Shown: positions 1 through 9,877 of the stretch, piece after piece
How positions within the stretch are numbered: the first letter of the stretch is position 1
Layout of the letters: each line of letters begins with the position of its first letter
Virus record (IMG/VR): IMGVR_UViG_3300005675_000019
Direction: 5' to 3' (one strand)
Length of the DNA stretch: 20,000 bases
Source of the DNA: an uncultured virus (IMG/VR IMGVR_UViG_3300005675_000019)
Taxonomy: Duplodnaviria > Heunggongvirae > Uroviricota > Caudoviricetes
Position numbers and translations under genes: made by a program
Notes under the pieces: model-generated
Told to the model about the DNA's origin: nothing
The model's database searches: none
What the model saw: the letters and a program-made list of their open reading frames with translations, nothing else

Positions 1-3000
1 ATATTATCTCTACACAGAAGTCCCCTGCCCCTAGTCTGTATCTATCCTTACCTGGAGTCATAATATAGTCACCCACACCATCAAACTGAGCAGATGACCC
101 AAGAGTAAAAGGCCCTGTTGAGGTTGTAGTCTTGACCTCCCCAGAACTAGACATAAGCGCACCCCTAACATCCCTGAACCTCTTGTTACCTTCAGCGCCT
201 GTGTTAGAGGTAAGGAACACAACCTCGTTAAAGTTAGGGTCTGCGAGGTTTGCACCATTAAAACTAGACCCTGGGTATATTGCCGGAGCGCCCCTACCAA
301 CAACTGATGAGACCTGGTACACCTTGAAGAATACAGCCGTTTTGACAGTTCCTTGATCTATTATCTGGTCGCCAGACGTGTAGGTACATTCAGCAGATGG
401 CACTCTAATCGTGCGGTGAACTGTAGTAAAACTAGCGTCAGAGTAAATCTCAACATCATAAGACTCCTCATACTCGCCTAAGTCAGCGTCGACATTATCT
501 CTCCAGGCCCAGTCTGTGCGGCTTCTGCGAATCCAGTAAAAGTACCAGTTATTTGTGCTTAAATCACGAAAAGTTTTCACGTAGACGGGTGACAAGCACT
601 CCAGGTTTACGGCTTGGTAGGTAAAATCATAGTCCTTGTAGACGTCCAGGGAGTTGATGTCATCCCCACTCCTGTATGTTCTAGGGAGGCCTATCAACTG
701 ATTACTTATACCTACAAGGCTGAGGTGATTCTCATCAAGCAGTATCAGGTAATCGCCTATACTGTGTTCGCCCATTGCCCATTCGGTCCCAAACTTCCCA
801 CGGATCATGTCAGTACATGTATAGCGACCAGGTCCGGTTAGAGTGCACAACTGTATACTTATTATCTCCCACCTGCCGTCTGCGCCATAAGCAAAGAGAT
901 TAGCCCCGTTTAACACAGCCAGGTCAGTAACGCTGGTAAGGCTGCTACCACCGACCATCCTAACGTTAAGTACACTGGCCTTATCCCAAACACCAGTATC
1001 CACTGCGGTGATTGCATTTGTTGCAGTCGCTACAACACCTCCGGGAGGACTGAAACCCTGCACAAGGTCCCAACTAACTCCATCATCCTCTGTACGGTAT
1101 ATCTCCCCGCCACCAAATGTGTCGCTTGGGGCATACATAGTCCACAGGAAAGACGGGCGGTCCATCTGCCTGTCCATATAGGGTACATCCATCAAGACAT
1201 ACCCAGGCTCTAGGGCGTATTCTATAATGATGGGGCCACTGACTACTGGGTCAGCGCCCACTGCATTAGGTGAGTAAACAGCAGCTGAATTGTACTTGGC
1301 CTTACACACAACAACACCGTCAGTTGTGTTGTCCACTGCGGTCAGCCTGAGTTGAATGTTACCCTCCAGAGATTGAAGAGTTACTACATCAGCGGGCTCT
1401 AGTTGATTATATGTAGGAGGTAGGCTGAAAGAAACGTCGTACCTCTCAAGCCAGTATAGATATAGTAATAGCTCTGCTAAGTTAGCAGCCTCACTCCCAG
1501 TAAGTACTACGGGTATGTCAATAACACGAAGATTTACTGAGTTACCATCGTTACGCTCTGCATATTGTTCACCTACATCATACTCCCTGTTGAAGTCTAG
1601 GTACTTTAATGTAACGTTATTTGGCAACTGCGCGTCTGACTCCCTAGACGTAGTCAAACTCACACCTCTCTCAGACGATGCGCTTCTAGCGTCTAAATCG
1701 CCCATCGGTATGTCTACTACAGAGCCTGAATTGCGAGGCTTAAACTGAACCTTGTAACCGTGCTGTACAATATCAAATGGCCAGACAGACTGTAACGGTT
1801 CCACTGCTGATCTGATTGCACCTATTGACCCAACGCGGTAACCCCTTACCTGCTGAGTTAGGGCAGTTACATCTATGTCTGTATCCGCTAAGATGCTAGA
1901 GTTTCTACACTCTACAGAAACTATATGGCTCAAACTTACTGGTGTGGCTGCTATCTTATATGGCTGTATCGTAGCTGCTACCCCACCAGAACCTCTTACA
2001 CCAACAAAGACATCACCGCCCCAGACTAAGGAATTCCAGGTATTTACTGGCCCGCCTGGGAATTGTTTTATTTCCCATGTTACACCGTCTGGGGATAGGC
2101 AATAGGTTGAATAGGACGTAGCACAGAATAGTGATCCATCAGATGCAACCTGAGAACCAAAACCAGCGAAATTCACAGCATTGTACGTCCAGGCGTAACC
2201 ATCATCAGATGTGTACGTGCCAGCAAAATTTGTTGAAGTTATGCAAAATCTACCATTATTAACACCTATAGACTTCCAATTGTTACCATTAGTAGCTACA
2301 TATCTAGTCCATGTACCAGTTGTCCCAGTCTTTGAGGTCAAAAACCTTGTGCCTTGTGCCACTGTTACAAAAACTGAACCATTCCATGCCAAGCCTTTGT
2401 AAGCTACACTCCCTAGCCCCATAGCCTCCTCTGGGGCTCTCTCTGATGTCCACGCAAACCCGTCTGGAGACTTAAAGAATGGTCCACTATCAGTTGCAAC
2501 TAAAAACACAGAACCGTTGTAACAAGCGTCAGTGCAGTAGTAGTTCCCTGGCATTGAGACCTCTACCCATGTAACCCCATCATCCTCAGATACACATACG
2601 GACCCGAATGAGAATGCCAAAATAATGTTTGGATTGGATACGATGCACTGCCAGGATGCCGATTTAGGCATGAGGTACTCAGTCCACGTTACACCATCTG
2701 GTGATGTGGCGCATATATTTGTATTATTTGCTAGTGTGCAGTATACCCTACTGTTGTACGTAACACACGTCCACTGCCTGCTTCCTATAGCCTGCTGTGT
2801 AGCCTCATAGACATGCTCCGAGCCCGCAGCTACAATCTCTACCTTTATCTGTGCAGCAGCCAGAGAGTTGCCGTACTTAGCTAGTGGCAGGTCATAGAAA
2901 ACTATGTAGGCTAGGCCTCGGTACGCTGATGCGTTTACGCCTAAATTAGCGCTAATCCGTGGGTCAACTAGCTGCGTATCAGAGCCTCTATACAATTCAA

Positions 3001-3484
3001 AGCCTACAGCAGCAGCATTTGAGGCAGCGATAGTGCCAGGGTCTGTTGACCCCGCGTCATACCAAAGGTCAGGGCCTATCCATATCCTCTTAACCCCGGT
3101 GATGGGCTCTCCGAGAGCCCTTGTATCTACTAACCCTACAGCAAAAGTAGCTGAGTACAGGTATGTTTTAGTTGTTGTCTGTGAGCCGCCACCTTTACCG
3201 CCCGACTTCTTCTTAGACACTGTCTCTTTTAACTTATTGTTCTCTAGCCAAAACACATTCCCAGACACAGTTATCGTGCCATAGGCTCTAGGTACAGTAG
3301 CCCCATAGGTACTGGTCTGTATTGTCAGGTCTTCTAGCCTAGGACCGTTAATAGTTGGCCCTTTTGGTGGGTCAAGGGCACCCCCAAGCATCATACCAAG
3401 CTGAGCGCCAAGCATGGGGTAGCCGACAAATGTCCCGACTACAGTCCCTACTACACCACCTACTATTTGGCCAGTGCTACTCAT
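1..3484 (-). CDS. Large tail-tip / host-specificity protein (RcGTA g15 'megatron'-like) with an internal Asp-box beta-propeller and a C-terminal LamG-like domain; 3' end lies outside the window
   Basis: Absent from the ORF track, consistent with having no stop inside the window. ATG at 3484 overlaps the NlpC/P60 stop (ATGA). Hand translation: MSSTGQIVGGVVGTVVGTFVGYPMLGAQLGMMLGGALDPPKGPTINGPRLEDLTIQTSTYGATVPRAYGTITVSGNVFW...KKSGGKGG; later SxDGxxW repeats, then YQVSSVVGRG, then DPNFNEVVFL...SSAQFDGVGDYI...LGAGDFCVEII at the window edge in the same frame. About 370-1730 and a short stretch near 2880-3050 were not translated codon by codon. Confidence 0.88.
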   Translation of the reverse strand, partial: MSSTGQIVGGVVGTVVGTFVGYPMLGAQLGMMLGGALDPPKGPTINGPRLEDLTIQTSTYGATVPRAYGTITVSGNVFWLENNKLKETVSKKKSGGKGGGSQTTTKTYLYSATFAVGLVDTRALGEPITGVKRIWIGPDLWYDAGSTDPGTIAASNAAAVGFELYRGSDTQLVDPRISANLGVNASAYRGLAYIVFYDLPLAKYGNSLAAAQIKVEIVAAGSEHVYEATQQAIGSRQWTCVTYNSRVYCTLANNTNICATSPDGVTWTEYLMPKSASWQCIVSNPNIILAFSFGSVCVSEDDGVTWVEVSMPGNYYCTDACYNGSVFLVATDSGPFFKSPDGFAWTSERAPEEAMGLGSVAYKGLAWNGSVFVTVAQGTRFLTSKTGTTGTWTRYVATNGNNWKSIGVNNGRFCITSTNFAGTYTSDDGYAWTYNAVNFAGFGSQVASDGSLFCATSYSTYCLSPDGVTWEIKQFPGGPVNTWNSLVWGGDVFVGVRGSGGVAATIQPYKIAATPVSLSHIVSVECRNSSILADTDIDVTALTQQVRGYRVGSIGAIRSAVEPLQSVWPFDIVQHGYKVQFKPRNSGSVVDIPMGDLDARSASSERGVSLTTSRESDAQLPNNVTLKYLDFNREYDVGEQYAERNDGNSVNLRVIDIPVVLTGSEAANLAELLLYLYWLERYDVSFSLPPTYNQLEPADVVTLQSLEGNIQLRLTAVDNTTDGVVVCKAKYNSAAVYSPNAVGADPVVSGPIIIEYALEPGYVLMDVPYMDRQMDRPSFLWTMYAPSDTFGGGEIYRTEDDGVSWDLVQGFSPPGGVVATATNAITAVDTGVWDKASVLNVRMVGGSSLTSVTDLAVLNGANLFAYGADGRWEIISIQLCTLTGPGRYTCTDMIRGKFGTEWAMGEHSIGDYLILLDENHLSLVGISNQLIGLPRTYRSGDDINSLDVYKDYDFTYQAVNLECLSPVYVKTFRDLSTNNWYFYWIRRSRTDWAWRDNVDADLGEYEESYDVEIYSDASFTTVHRTIRVPSAECTYTSGDQIIDQGTVKTAVFFKVYQVSSVVGRGAPAIYPGSSFNGANLADPNFNEVVFLTSNTGAEGNKRFRDVRGALMSSSGEVKTTTSTGPFTLGSSAQFDGVGDYIMTPGKDRYRLGAGDFCVEII

Positions 3485-3897
3485 ACTGTGACCTCATTAA
3501 ATCTGTAAGCGTGCACTACTCTATTCCACCACTTTGTGTTCATGGTATGCCTCACGCATTTGCCTACAGCCTCATAGGCGTGAATAACCTCATCGTGACC
3601 CATTATTGCCAGATGTTGGGGCTCCCCAAGGAACCGCATAAGCATCATGTCACCGGGCCTTACTTCGGCCTTGGTAATACGTGAAACAAACGGTTGGTAG
3701 TCAAGGGCAGACTCAAGCTGACCATTCAAGGGAGTCCTGCCGTAGCCCACCACATCGGCTGGCTCAAGTCCCAATCTCTTACAGACATGGATTGCCACGC
3801 CAACACAATCAAGGCCGGCCCCAACCACCCGCCCCTGGTGCATGAAGGGGGTATCAATGCACTCCAAAGCGGCAGTGATGATGTCGTCTGGCGTCAT
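3481..3897 (-). CDS. NlpC/P60 family peptidase, tail-tip associated
   Basis: TPFMHQGRVVGAGLDCVG (catalytic Cys), PQHLAI (His), VIHA. Start moved to the ATG at 3897 (MTPDDII), immediately after the hub stop codon. Position between hub and tail-tip gene is typical. Confidence 0.92.
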   Translation of the reverse strand: MTPDDIITAALECIDTPFMHQGRVVGAGLDCVGVAIHVCKRLGLEPADVVGYGRTPLNGQLESALDYQPFVSRITKAEVRPGDMMLMRFLGEPQHLAIMGHDEVIHAYEAVGKCVRHTMNTKWWNRVVHAYRFNEVTV

Positions 3898-3898
3898 G

Positions 3899-4747
3899 TT
3901 AGTTAGCCCCTCTCTGGGCATAAACGGAGCCAGTTGGTATGTACTCGAAACCGCCAAAGTTCACCATATTTGAGTAGGTAGTGAACCCGTCCCACCTATT
4001 TTTACAGTCTATTGACCTCTTCAGACATCCACGAATTATTCTATACTGGTTACCTATAACAGGCATGTAGTAAAACGCTTCATGTGTCTCTATAATGCCA
4101 GGGACAGTGAAGCTCTTTATCTCCAGCGGTTTAAGGCCAGCGTTTGGACCAGTTAAGAACTCTATTGTCCCAGCCTGGAACACACCAGATGTCTCAGGCC
4201 TAGTACCATCACTGAATACTCTTGCTGACGATACACCAGTTAATGTCCCCATCTCAGTCTGGAGTGCAAGATTTACACCACACCCTGCATACTCTGTTCC
4301 CCCGAACTTTTTTGGGCACTGTACTGAGTATGTAGCGCCCACTGTTTGATTTAGAGCATCTATCATGGAGGTCCCATTGATGACATACTTATCATCTAGT
4401 AGGGTAGTTTTACCAAACACTCCAGCAGTTATAGGCTCCTGATCTTCAACGGGTGCTACCCAAGATGTTGCAAAGCAGTAGCACCTAGCCCCATCAAACA
4501 CACCACTGGATACAGTTGCACGGGTGATACCAGCCAACCCCACTATCCCCTCTATGTCTATGTTGGAGGGGGTAAATCCAGCGGTGGAACTGTTACCCGT
4601 AAACTGATAACCAGACGTAGATAGGTACGTGTGCCCACTCATGGTCAAGTCTGTGACGTGGTCCGTAAGGTAGACAGGTGTCCCAGTTTTTGGCACTATC
4701 CTCATACATAGGGCTCTATACCTATAATCGGCGACTATTGCTTTCAT
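3899..4747 (-). CDS. Baseplate hub protein (DUF2163 / phage BR0599-like)
   Basis: 282 aa. N-terminal LTDHVTDL, Cys pattern CPKKFGGTEYAGC...GCLKRSIDC, and C-terminal NMVNFGGFEYIP are characteristic. ATGA overlap with the upstream gene. Confidence 0.9.
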   Translation of the reverse strand: MKAIVADYRYRALCMRIVPKTGTPVYLTDHVTDLTMSGHTYLSTSGYQFTGNSSTAGFTPSNIDIEGIVGLAGITRATVSSGVFDGARCYCFATSWVAPVEDQEPITAGVFGKTTLLDDKYVINGTSMIDALNQTVGATYSVQCPKKFGGTEYAGCGVNLALQTEMGTLTGVSSARVFSDGTRPETSGVFQAGTIEFLTGPNAGLKPLEIKSFTVPGIIETHEAFYYMPVIGNQYRIIRGCLKRSIDCKNRWDGFTTYSNMVNFGGFEYIPTGSVYAQRGAN

Positions 4748-5616
4748 GGGTCAATCAACTCAATGATGTCAATCCCGCCACAATCCCTAACTCCTTCGGA
4801 TATAGCAGCCACATCTATCCTGCTGTTAAAGCGGCAAGGCAGATCAAAGTAGCAACCGCCAGAGACTACCTCACCTACTTGGGGTGCCGTATTTACGGCT
4901 CCACCGCTTGTGTAATTGCTATAAGCTATGGTATCTAAATTTATTGTGACTAGCCCACCGATATCCGTGCTGACAACTGTCACACGCTTGTTGTTTATCT
5001 GTGTCATACCAACAACACCAGTTACGTAGATTGATCTTCCAGCAACAAGTGCATTCCCTGGTATAGTAAGTACAGCTTGAACTTCCTTGGTTATATTAGT
5101 GATAGCCCAAGTACCATTGGCTAGAAAAGTAACACGCCCGTTAGTGGTGTCAACCGTAAAGTTAGAGCTATCTAGCTGCACTGCACCAACAGCTACAACA
5201 GTACTCCCAGCCACAGGTTTATACACTTTCCTGTAAGGCAGTCCCAAGGTAATCGGTGTTCCCCCAGAGCCGTAGGCTGTGACTAACTGATACACCCCAG
5301 TAGAGATCAAAGGTAACTGCCAATCTCCTGCAGTTGGTACATTGACGCTGCCATTAGTACTGAAGTCATCCTCGCACCTAACCCTGAATCCAGCATACAT
5401 ACCGTACACTCTACTGTACATGGCCAGTACACCTTGAGCTATCGTGGACCGCCAGTTGGTAAAGTTAATTTGAAAACTACGGACAGGGAAAGGATGAATA
5501 AGCCTGCGATACTCCTTGCCAGATGCTGTGGTCACTATCTGCACAGCGAACTCGTCGTTGTAGGTTGCCCCCATCCTGACATTAACTGGTAGCCTACCCT
5601 CATGAAACTCAGCCAT
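4744..5616 (-). CDS. Distal tail protein (DUF2460-like) with an inserted beta domain
   Basis: Likely start ATG at 5616 (MAEFHEGRLP), overlapping the tape measure stop. Motifs IVTTASGKEYR, GFRVRCEDDF, KVYKPVAGS, VDTTNGRVTF, FDLPCRF. Lies directly after the tape measure gene. Confidence 0.88.
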   Translation of the reverse strand: MAEFHEGRLPVNVRMGATYNDEFAVQIVTTASGKEYRRLIHPFPVRSFQINFTNWRSTIAQGVLAMYSRVYGMYAGFRVRCEDDFSTNGSVNVPTAGDWQLPLISTGVYQLVTAYGSGGTPITLGLPYRKVYKPVAGSTVVAVGAVQLDSSNFTVDTTNGRVTFLANGTWAITNITKEVQAVLTIPGNALVAGRSIYVTGVVGMTQINNKRVTVVSTDIGGLVTINLDTIAYSNYTSGGAVNTAPQVGEVVSGGCYFDLPCRFNSRIDVAAISEGVRDCGGIDIIELIDP

Positions 5617-8600
5617 ATCTGCGTGCTCCATTAAGTGCTGACAAGGCCTCTCGTGCACCTTGTCCAGCGGCCCTTCTCACATCCGGGGCGTTAGTACCAT
5701 TGACGTTGACCGTGATGTTGACCACCTTCGACCCACCAAAGCCCTCAGCCTGCACGCCTAGCCGCCCATAGGAGTCACGCTTCAGGGGCATGACTGCCTC
5801 CGGCCCGGCCTCGGCGAAGATGCCACCCTTGGCGAAGCCATGAAGGTTCTGGAAGGCAAAGGTCTTCGGACTGGTCTGCACCGTGTTGGCGTAGGCGTGC
5901 AGGCTCGGGGAGCCTGAGAAGACGTTGCCTTTGGCGCTGTCAATGAAGCTGGCCGCCAGGTTGGCGAAGTCACCACTGCTGAACCCGCCTCCACCCCCGC
6001 CGAACATCCCGAGGATGCCGTTGACAATGCCGCCGAAGCCTCCCTCGCCCCCGCCGATACTGCTCATGGCCTTGGCAGCCAAAGCCTTGGCCTCGATCTT
6101 GGCGATGTCCAGGATCACGGATTGGGCGAACTTCGCAAAGTTGAGTTTGCCCGTGGTAAGAAACTCGTCCAGTGCGCCCTCAATGGCGCTGGACATCGCT
6201 TGATATGAGTCAGCAGCCTGCTTGGCAGCGTTGGTCGCGTCATCCACGTAGGCCTTGTGGGCCTTCTTCCACCCCGCCACATAGCTCCGCTGAAACTCCT
6301 GGTCCTGCATCTGGGCGGCGGCTTTGGCGTCGATCGCTCCACGCTCAGCCTTTGCAACCTCCGGGTCGACCTGGTTCCTGTCGACACGTCTTTGGAGGTC
6401 CTCAACGGCTCTCAATTGCTCACGCTCGATTCGGAGCTGGGCCACTTCCTGGGCCGTTTTGTCGAGGGCGATCTGCTCGAACTGAAGGTCGTCAATGTAC
6501 CTGCCGGTTGACACGCTCAGGTCGTCAATGGCATTCCTGTTTGCTGTGCGGGCCTTGGTTGTGTCGAGCAGCGCTTGCTGCTGCTGCTTCTCCAGCTTTA
6601 GGGAGTTCTCGGCTAGGTCGTTCAGGAACTTCTCGACCTGGACCTTGTCACCAGCCGCCTTGGCGTCAGCCAGAGAAGCCTCAATGAGCAGGCGCTCGAT
6701 CTCAAGTGATGCCATCGTCGCCTGGTTCTTCTTCTCCGTGGCCACTGTCGTGCTGATGGTCTGGGCAGCGAGGTCGATCTCGATCTCGATCAGCTCACGG
6801 CCAAGCTGAATCTTTTCCTGCTTCAAACCTGATTCAAGGTTATCGTTCAGGATGGAGCGAGCGTCCTTCAGGGCACCACGACCGGAGCCTCCAGCGCCCC
6901 TGCCTTCAGACCCAAGAATCTCCGAGGCCTTGCGTGTCGGCTTCTTCGTTTCTCCGGCCACGGCAGCCTTCAGACCCTCGGAAGCGTTCGAGGCCTTGTA
7001 CTTCTCCCTCTCCAGACCCTCAACTACCTTGCCCCATTTGGCGACTGACTCACGTGCATCGGAGAGAGCGGTGCCCGTAGCCCGGCCCTCAACCCTCAAA
7101 CTGAGCAGCTTCTCAGCCTTGTCCAATTCTTCCTGGGCCTCGCCCAGGTCCCCGACCCCGTACTTCTCCCGGCGAGAAACCTTGTCCAGAGCGGCTGATG
7201 CCCTGACGGCAGCGTCATAGGCCTTGTCACCGGCCCGTGAGGCGTTATTGCCCCAGATAGTCCAGGCGACTGCACCGGCTGCCAACCCCCCAGCAATGAT
7301 CGTGAGAGGTGTTGGGATGGCCATGAGGAGTGAGGGCAAGCCAGCAACAATGGCCTTCATGGACGCCATTGGCCCAAGTGCTGGACCCATGATGCCACTG
7401 GCAATCTGCATGCTCGTGGCAAAGCCCATGACTGCTGTAGAAGTGGCAGTCCAAACAGCAGCGGTGATCATCCCAGCCTTGTACACTACCCAAGCCTGTG
7501 CCAGAGTGATTAAGTGTGGGGCCATCTCTATTACGGCATTGGTCAGCGATGCCATACCCCCGACAATCGACTTCAGATTTTGTAGGAATGCGGGGTCAGC
7601 GAACAACGCCTTGAGGTTGTCTGCTAACTGACTGAAGATGGGCTCCATCTCATTGAAGGCAGTGACTAGCTGGACCTTCATGGTGTTTATTGCTTGAGCC
7701 CACTTACCTTTGGCTGTGTTCTCAAGTTCGGTGGCAACTCCCTCCATGAATCCTTTAGAGTTCTTGATCTCATCACGCAGCTCTATCCACTTGTCTTTGG
7801 TAAGAGCAAGCATGGCAACAGCTTCTTTAGCACCTCTCTCACCAAACAGCCTCTGAAGTATCTCTACCTGGTCTCCCTTACTGAAGTCTGCCAACTTACC
7901 CTTCATATCGAACACCACATCAGCAAAGTTTCTGAGATTGCCCTCAGCATCTTTTGTTTTCAGGCCAAGGTTCTCCATGGCCTTGGCTGACTGTGGTACA
8001 GGGGCGTACAGTTCCTTGAGCATATTGCGGAAGGATGTGCCCGCAGCAGTTCCAGTGATGTTGACTTTTGCAAGCAGCGTGATGGCAGTCGCTGTGTCTT
8101 CGAGGTTTGCGCCATACTGTTCGCCAACAACGGAGGCTGTCTTCATGGCCTCAGTCATACCCTGGACCGAGGTCTGCGACAGGGCAGCCGCCTTGGCGAA
8201 CACGTCCCCCACGCGCTCAGAGTCCTTGACTGTCAGATTGAAGGCTTTCATCACACCAACCAGGGTGACAGCCGCCTGCTCCATCTCCATCTCACCGACC
8301 GTGGCAAGGTTCAATGTCTGTGGCATCGCCTCAAGAGCCTCGGACGCATCAAGGCCTGCCTGAGCCAGTATCCTGAAGCCGCTGGCAATCTCTGTAGGTC
8401 CTCGCAAACCGGTCTGTGAAAGGCCCAGGGCAGCATCAGACAGCTTCTGTACTGCCTCAGCAGACTCACCTCCCAGGGCTTTCACAAAGGTGAGCTGGTA
8501 GGCGAACTCGGAGCCAGCCTTGGCTGCGTTTATGAACGCGCTGCCAATGGTTGCTCCAGCCAGCAGCGGGATGAGTGAGCCGTAAGTGATCCACAACGTC

Positions 8601-9543
8601 CCCAGCGAACCGGCCAAACCCCTCGCCGCCGCATGCCCCTCGTTAGCGACCTTGTTCCAGTGAACCTGGGAGGCGGCGCTTTCTTTGGTGGCAGTGGACA
8701 ACGACTTGTAGGCTGCCTCGGCTGCGACAACACTGCCCCGCGCCTGAGCGGCTGCAAGAGCTTGAGACGACCCCGCAACACCGGGCAACTGCTCCTGTCT
8801 AGCTCCCCCGTAGAAAGCCTTCGCGGCCTGAACAGTAGCAGATGCTCGCTGCTTATCAGTTAGCGCCAGCCATTTGGCCTGAGCCTCCAGCTCTTTGGTT
8901 ATCTGCTTTTCCGCAGCCNNNNNNNNNNNNNNNNNNNNNNNNNNNNNNNNNNNNNNNNNNNNNNNNNNNNNNNNNNNNNNNNNNNNNNNNNNNNNNNNNN
9001 NNNNNNNNNNNNNNNNNNNNNNNNNNNNNNNNNNNNNNNNNNNNNNNNNNNNNNNNNNNNNNNNNNNNNNNNNNNNNCCAGTGCCCTGGCTCTTTCAGAG
9101 GCATTGGTTCCGGCTGCGTTAAGTTCCCGCAGACCCGCCTGTGCCCTAGCCCTTTGCTCGTCACCCCTCAACAATTCGCTATAGACAGCCGCTTGGGCCG
9201 CCTTCAGTCTGTCAAGGTTCTTGATCTGGGCTTCGCCAGCTTTAATGGAGGCAGCCCCGGTCATCTCGGCGCTTCGCAACATGATCTTCATGTTGTTGGC
9301 CATGCCGTCAGACGCCACAGCAGTCTTCGCCTGCAGCGTAGCTACCTGCTTCGTCAGGCTGTCGATCTTTTTGGCGGCGAACTCAGCATCTGCGCCGATC
9401 CCCTCCACGCCCTTGCCGGTCGCGGGTGCCCGCATGACAGCCAGCAGGTCGCCGTACTTTTCCTTGAGTAGTTCGAGATCGGCCTTGGCCTGCCCGGTGT
9501 CAATCCTCAGAGTTAGGGTTGCTGCTGCGTCCGTACCACTCAT
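5609..9543 (-). CDS. Tape measure protein (~1300 aa, spans assembly gap)
   Basis: The N-terminal ORF from 9543 (MSGTDAAATLTLRIDT) and the long ORF ending at 5609 are both open up to the N run. Ala-rich and helical, with a TP901-type core (AGTSFRNML, LFGERG) and lambda-type C-terminus (FLTTGKLNF, FAKGGIFAEAGPEAVMPL). The frame offset across the gap is attributed to inexact gap length. Confidence 0.92.
8919..9077. other. Assembly gap (159 N)
   Basis: Run of N bases seen directly. Confidence 1.
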
Positions 9544-9553
9544 GACCTAACTC

Positions 9554-9850
9554 CTAAGATTTGTGCATCTGCGTTATTGCTGAGGATGACATCACTCGTA
9601 TTGCGCGTAGCGTATCAAGCCTCTCGTCCGTACCCTGGACCTCGAACAGGTCCATGACCTGGAAGACCACGTTGAGGTCCAACCCTACCGGGCCGCCTTG
9701 CTCCATTCGCCACTGGTCCGAAACCTCGCAGAAAATCTCGTAAGGCAGCCAGTTGTCAGGCCACACCTCGAAGTCCGAGGTGTCCATCACGTCTTCCCGC
9801 AACAGGCCGATGGCCTTCAGCTCAGCGTCTGACGGCCCGGAGTCGTACAT
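9554..9850 (-). CDS. Tail assembly chaperone, second ORF (DUF1799-like), probably expressed as a frameshift fusion
   Basis: WPDNW...QWR...GPVGLDL motif. The frame is open back to the slippery site (LVALAAR-MYD). Lies between the chaperone and tape measure genes. Confidence 0.85.
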   Translation of the reverse strand: MYDSGPSDAELKAIGLLREDVMDTSDFEVWPDNWLPYEIFCEVSDQWRMEQGGPVGLDLNVVFQVMDLFEVQGTDERLDTLRAIRVMSSSAITQMHKS

Positions 9851-9877
9851 CCGGGCAGCCAGGGCTACGAGTTTTTT
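9829..9877 (-). other. Programmed -1 ribosomal frameshift signal
   Basis: Minus strand CAA AAA AAC TCG TAG contains heptamer A AAA AAC (9877-9871). An 8-nt spacer is followed by stem-loop CTGGC-t-GCCCGGA / TCCGGGC-c-GTCAG (9862-9829). The -1 frame joins the 9554-9850 ORF. Confidence 0.85.

Noticed and set aside
1..3484. Apparent gene-poor region in the ORF track
   Set aside because: Explained by one long minus-strand gene whose stop lies outside the window.
8789..9543. Tape measure gene split, frameshifted or pseudogenised
   Set aside because: The frame change coincides with the N gap and both sides are open up to it, so gap-length error is the simpler explanation.
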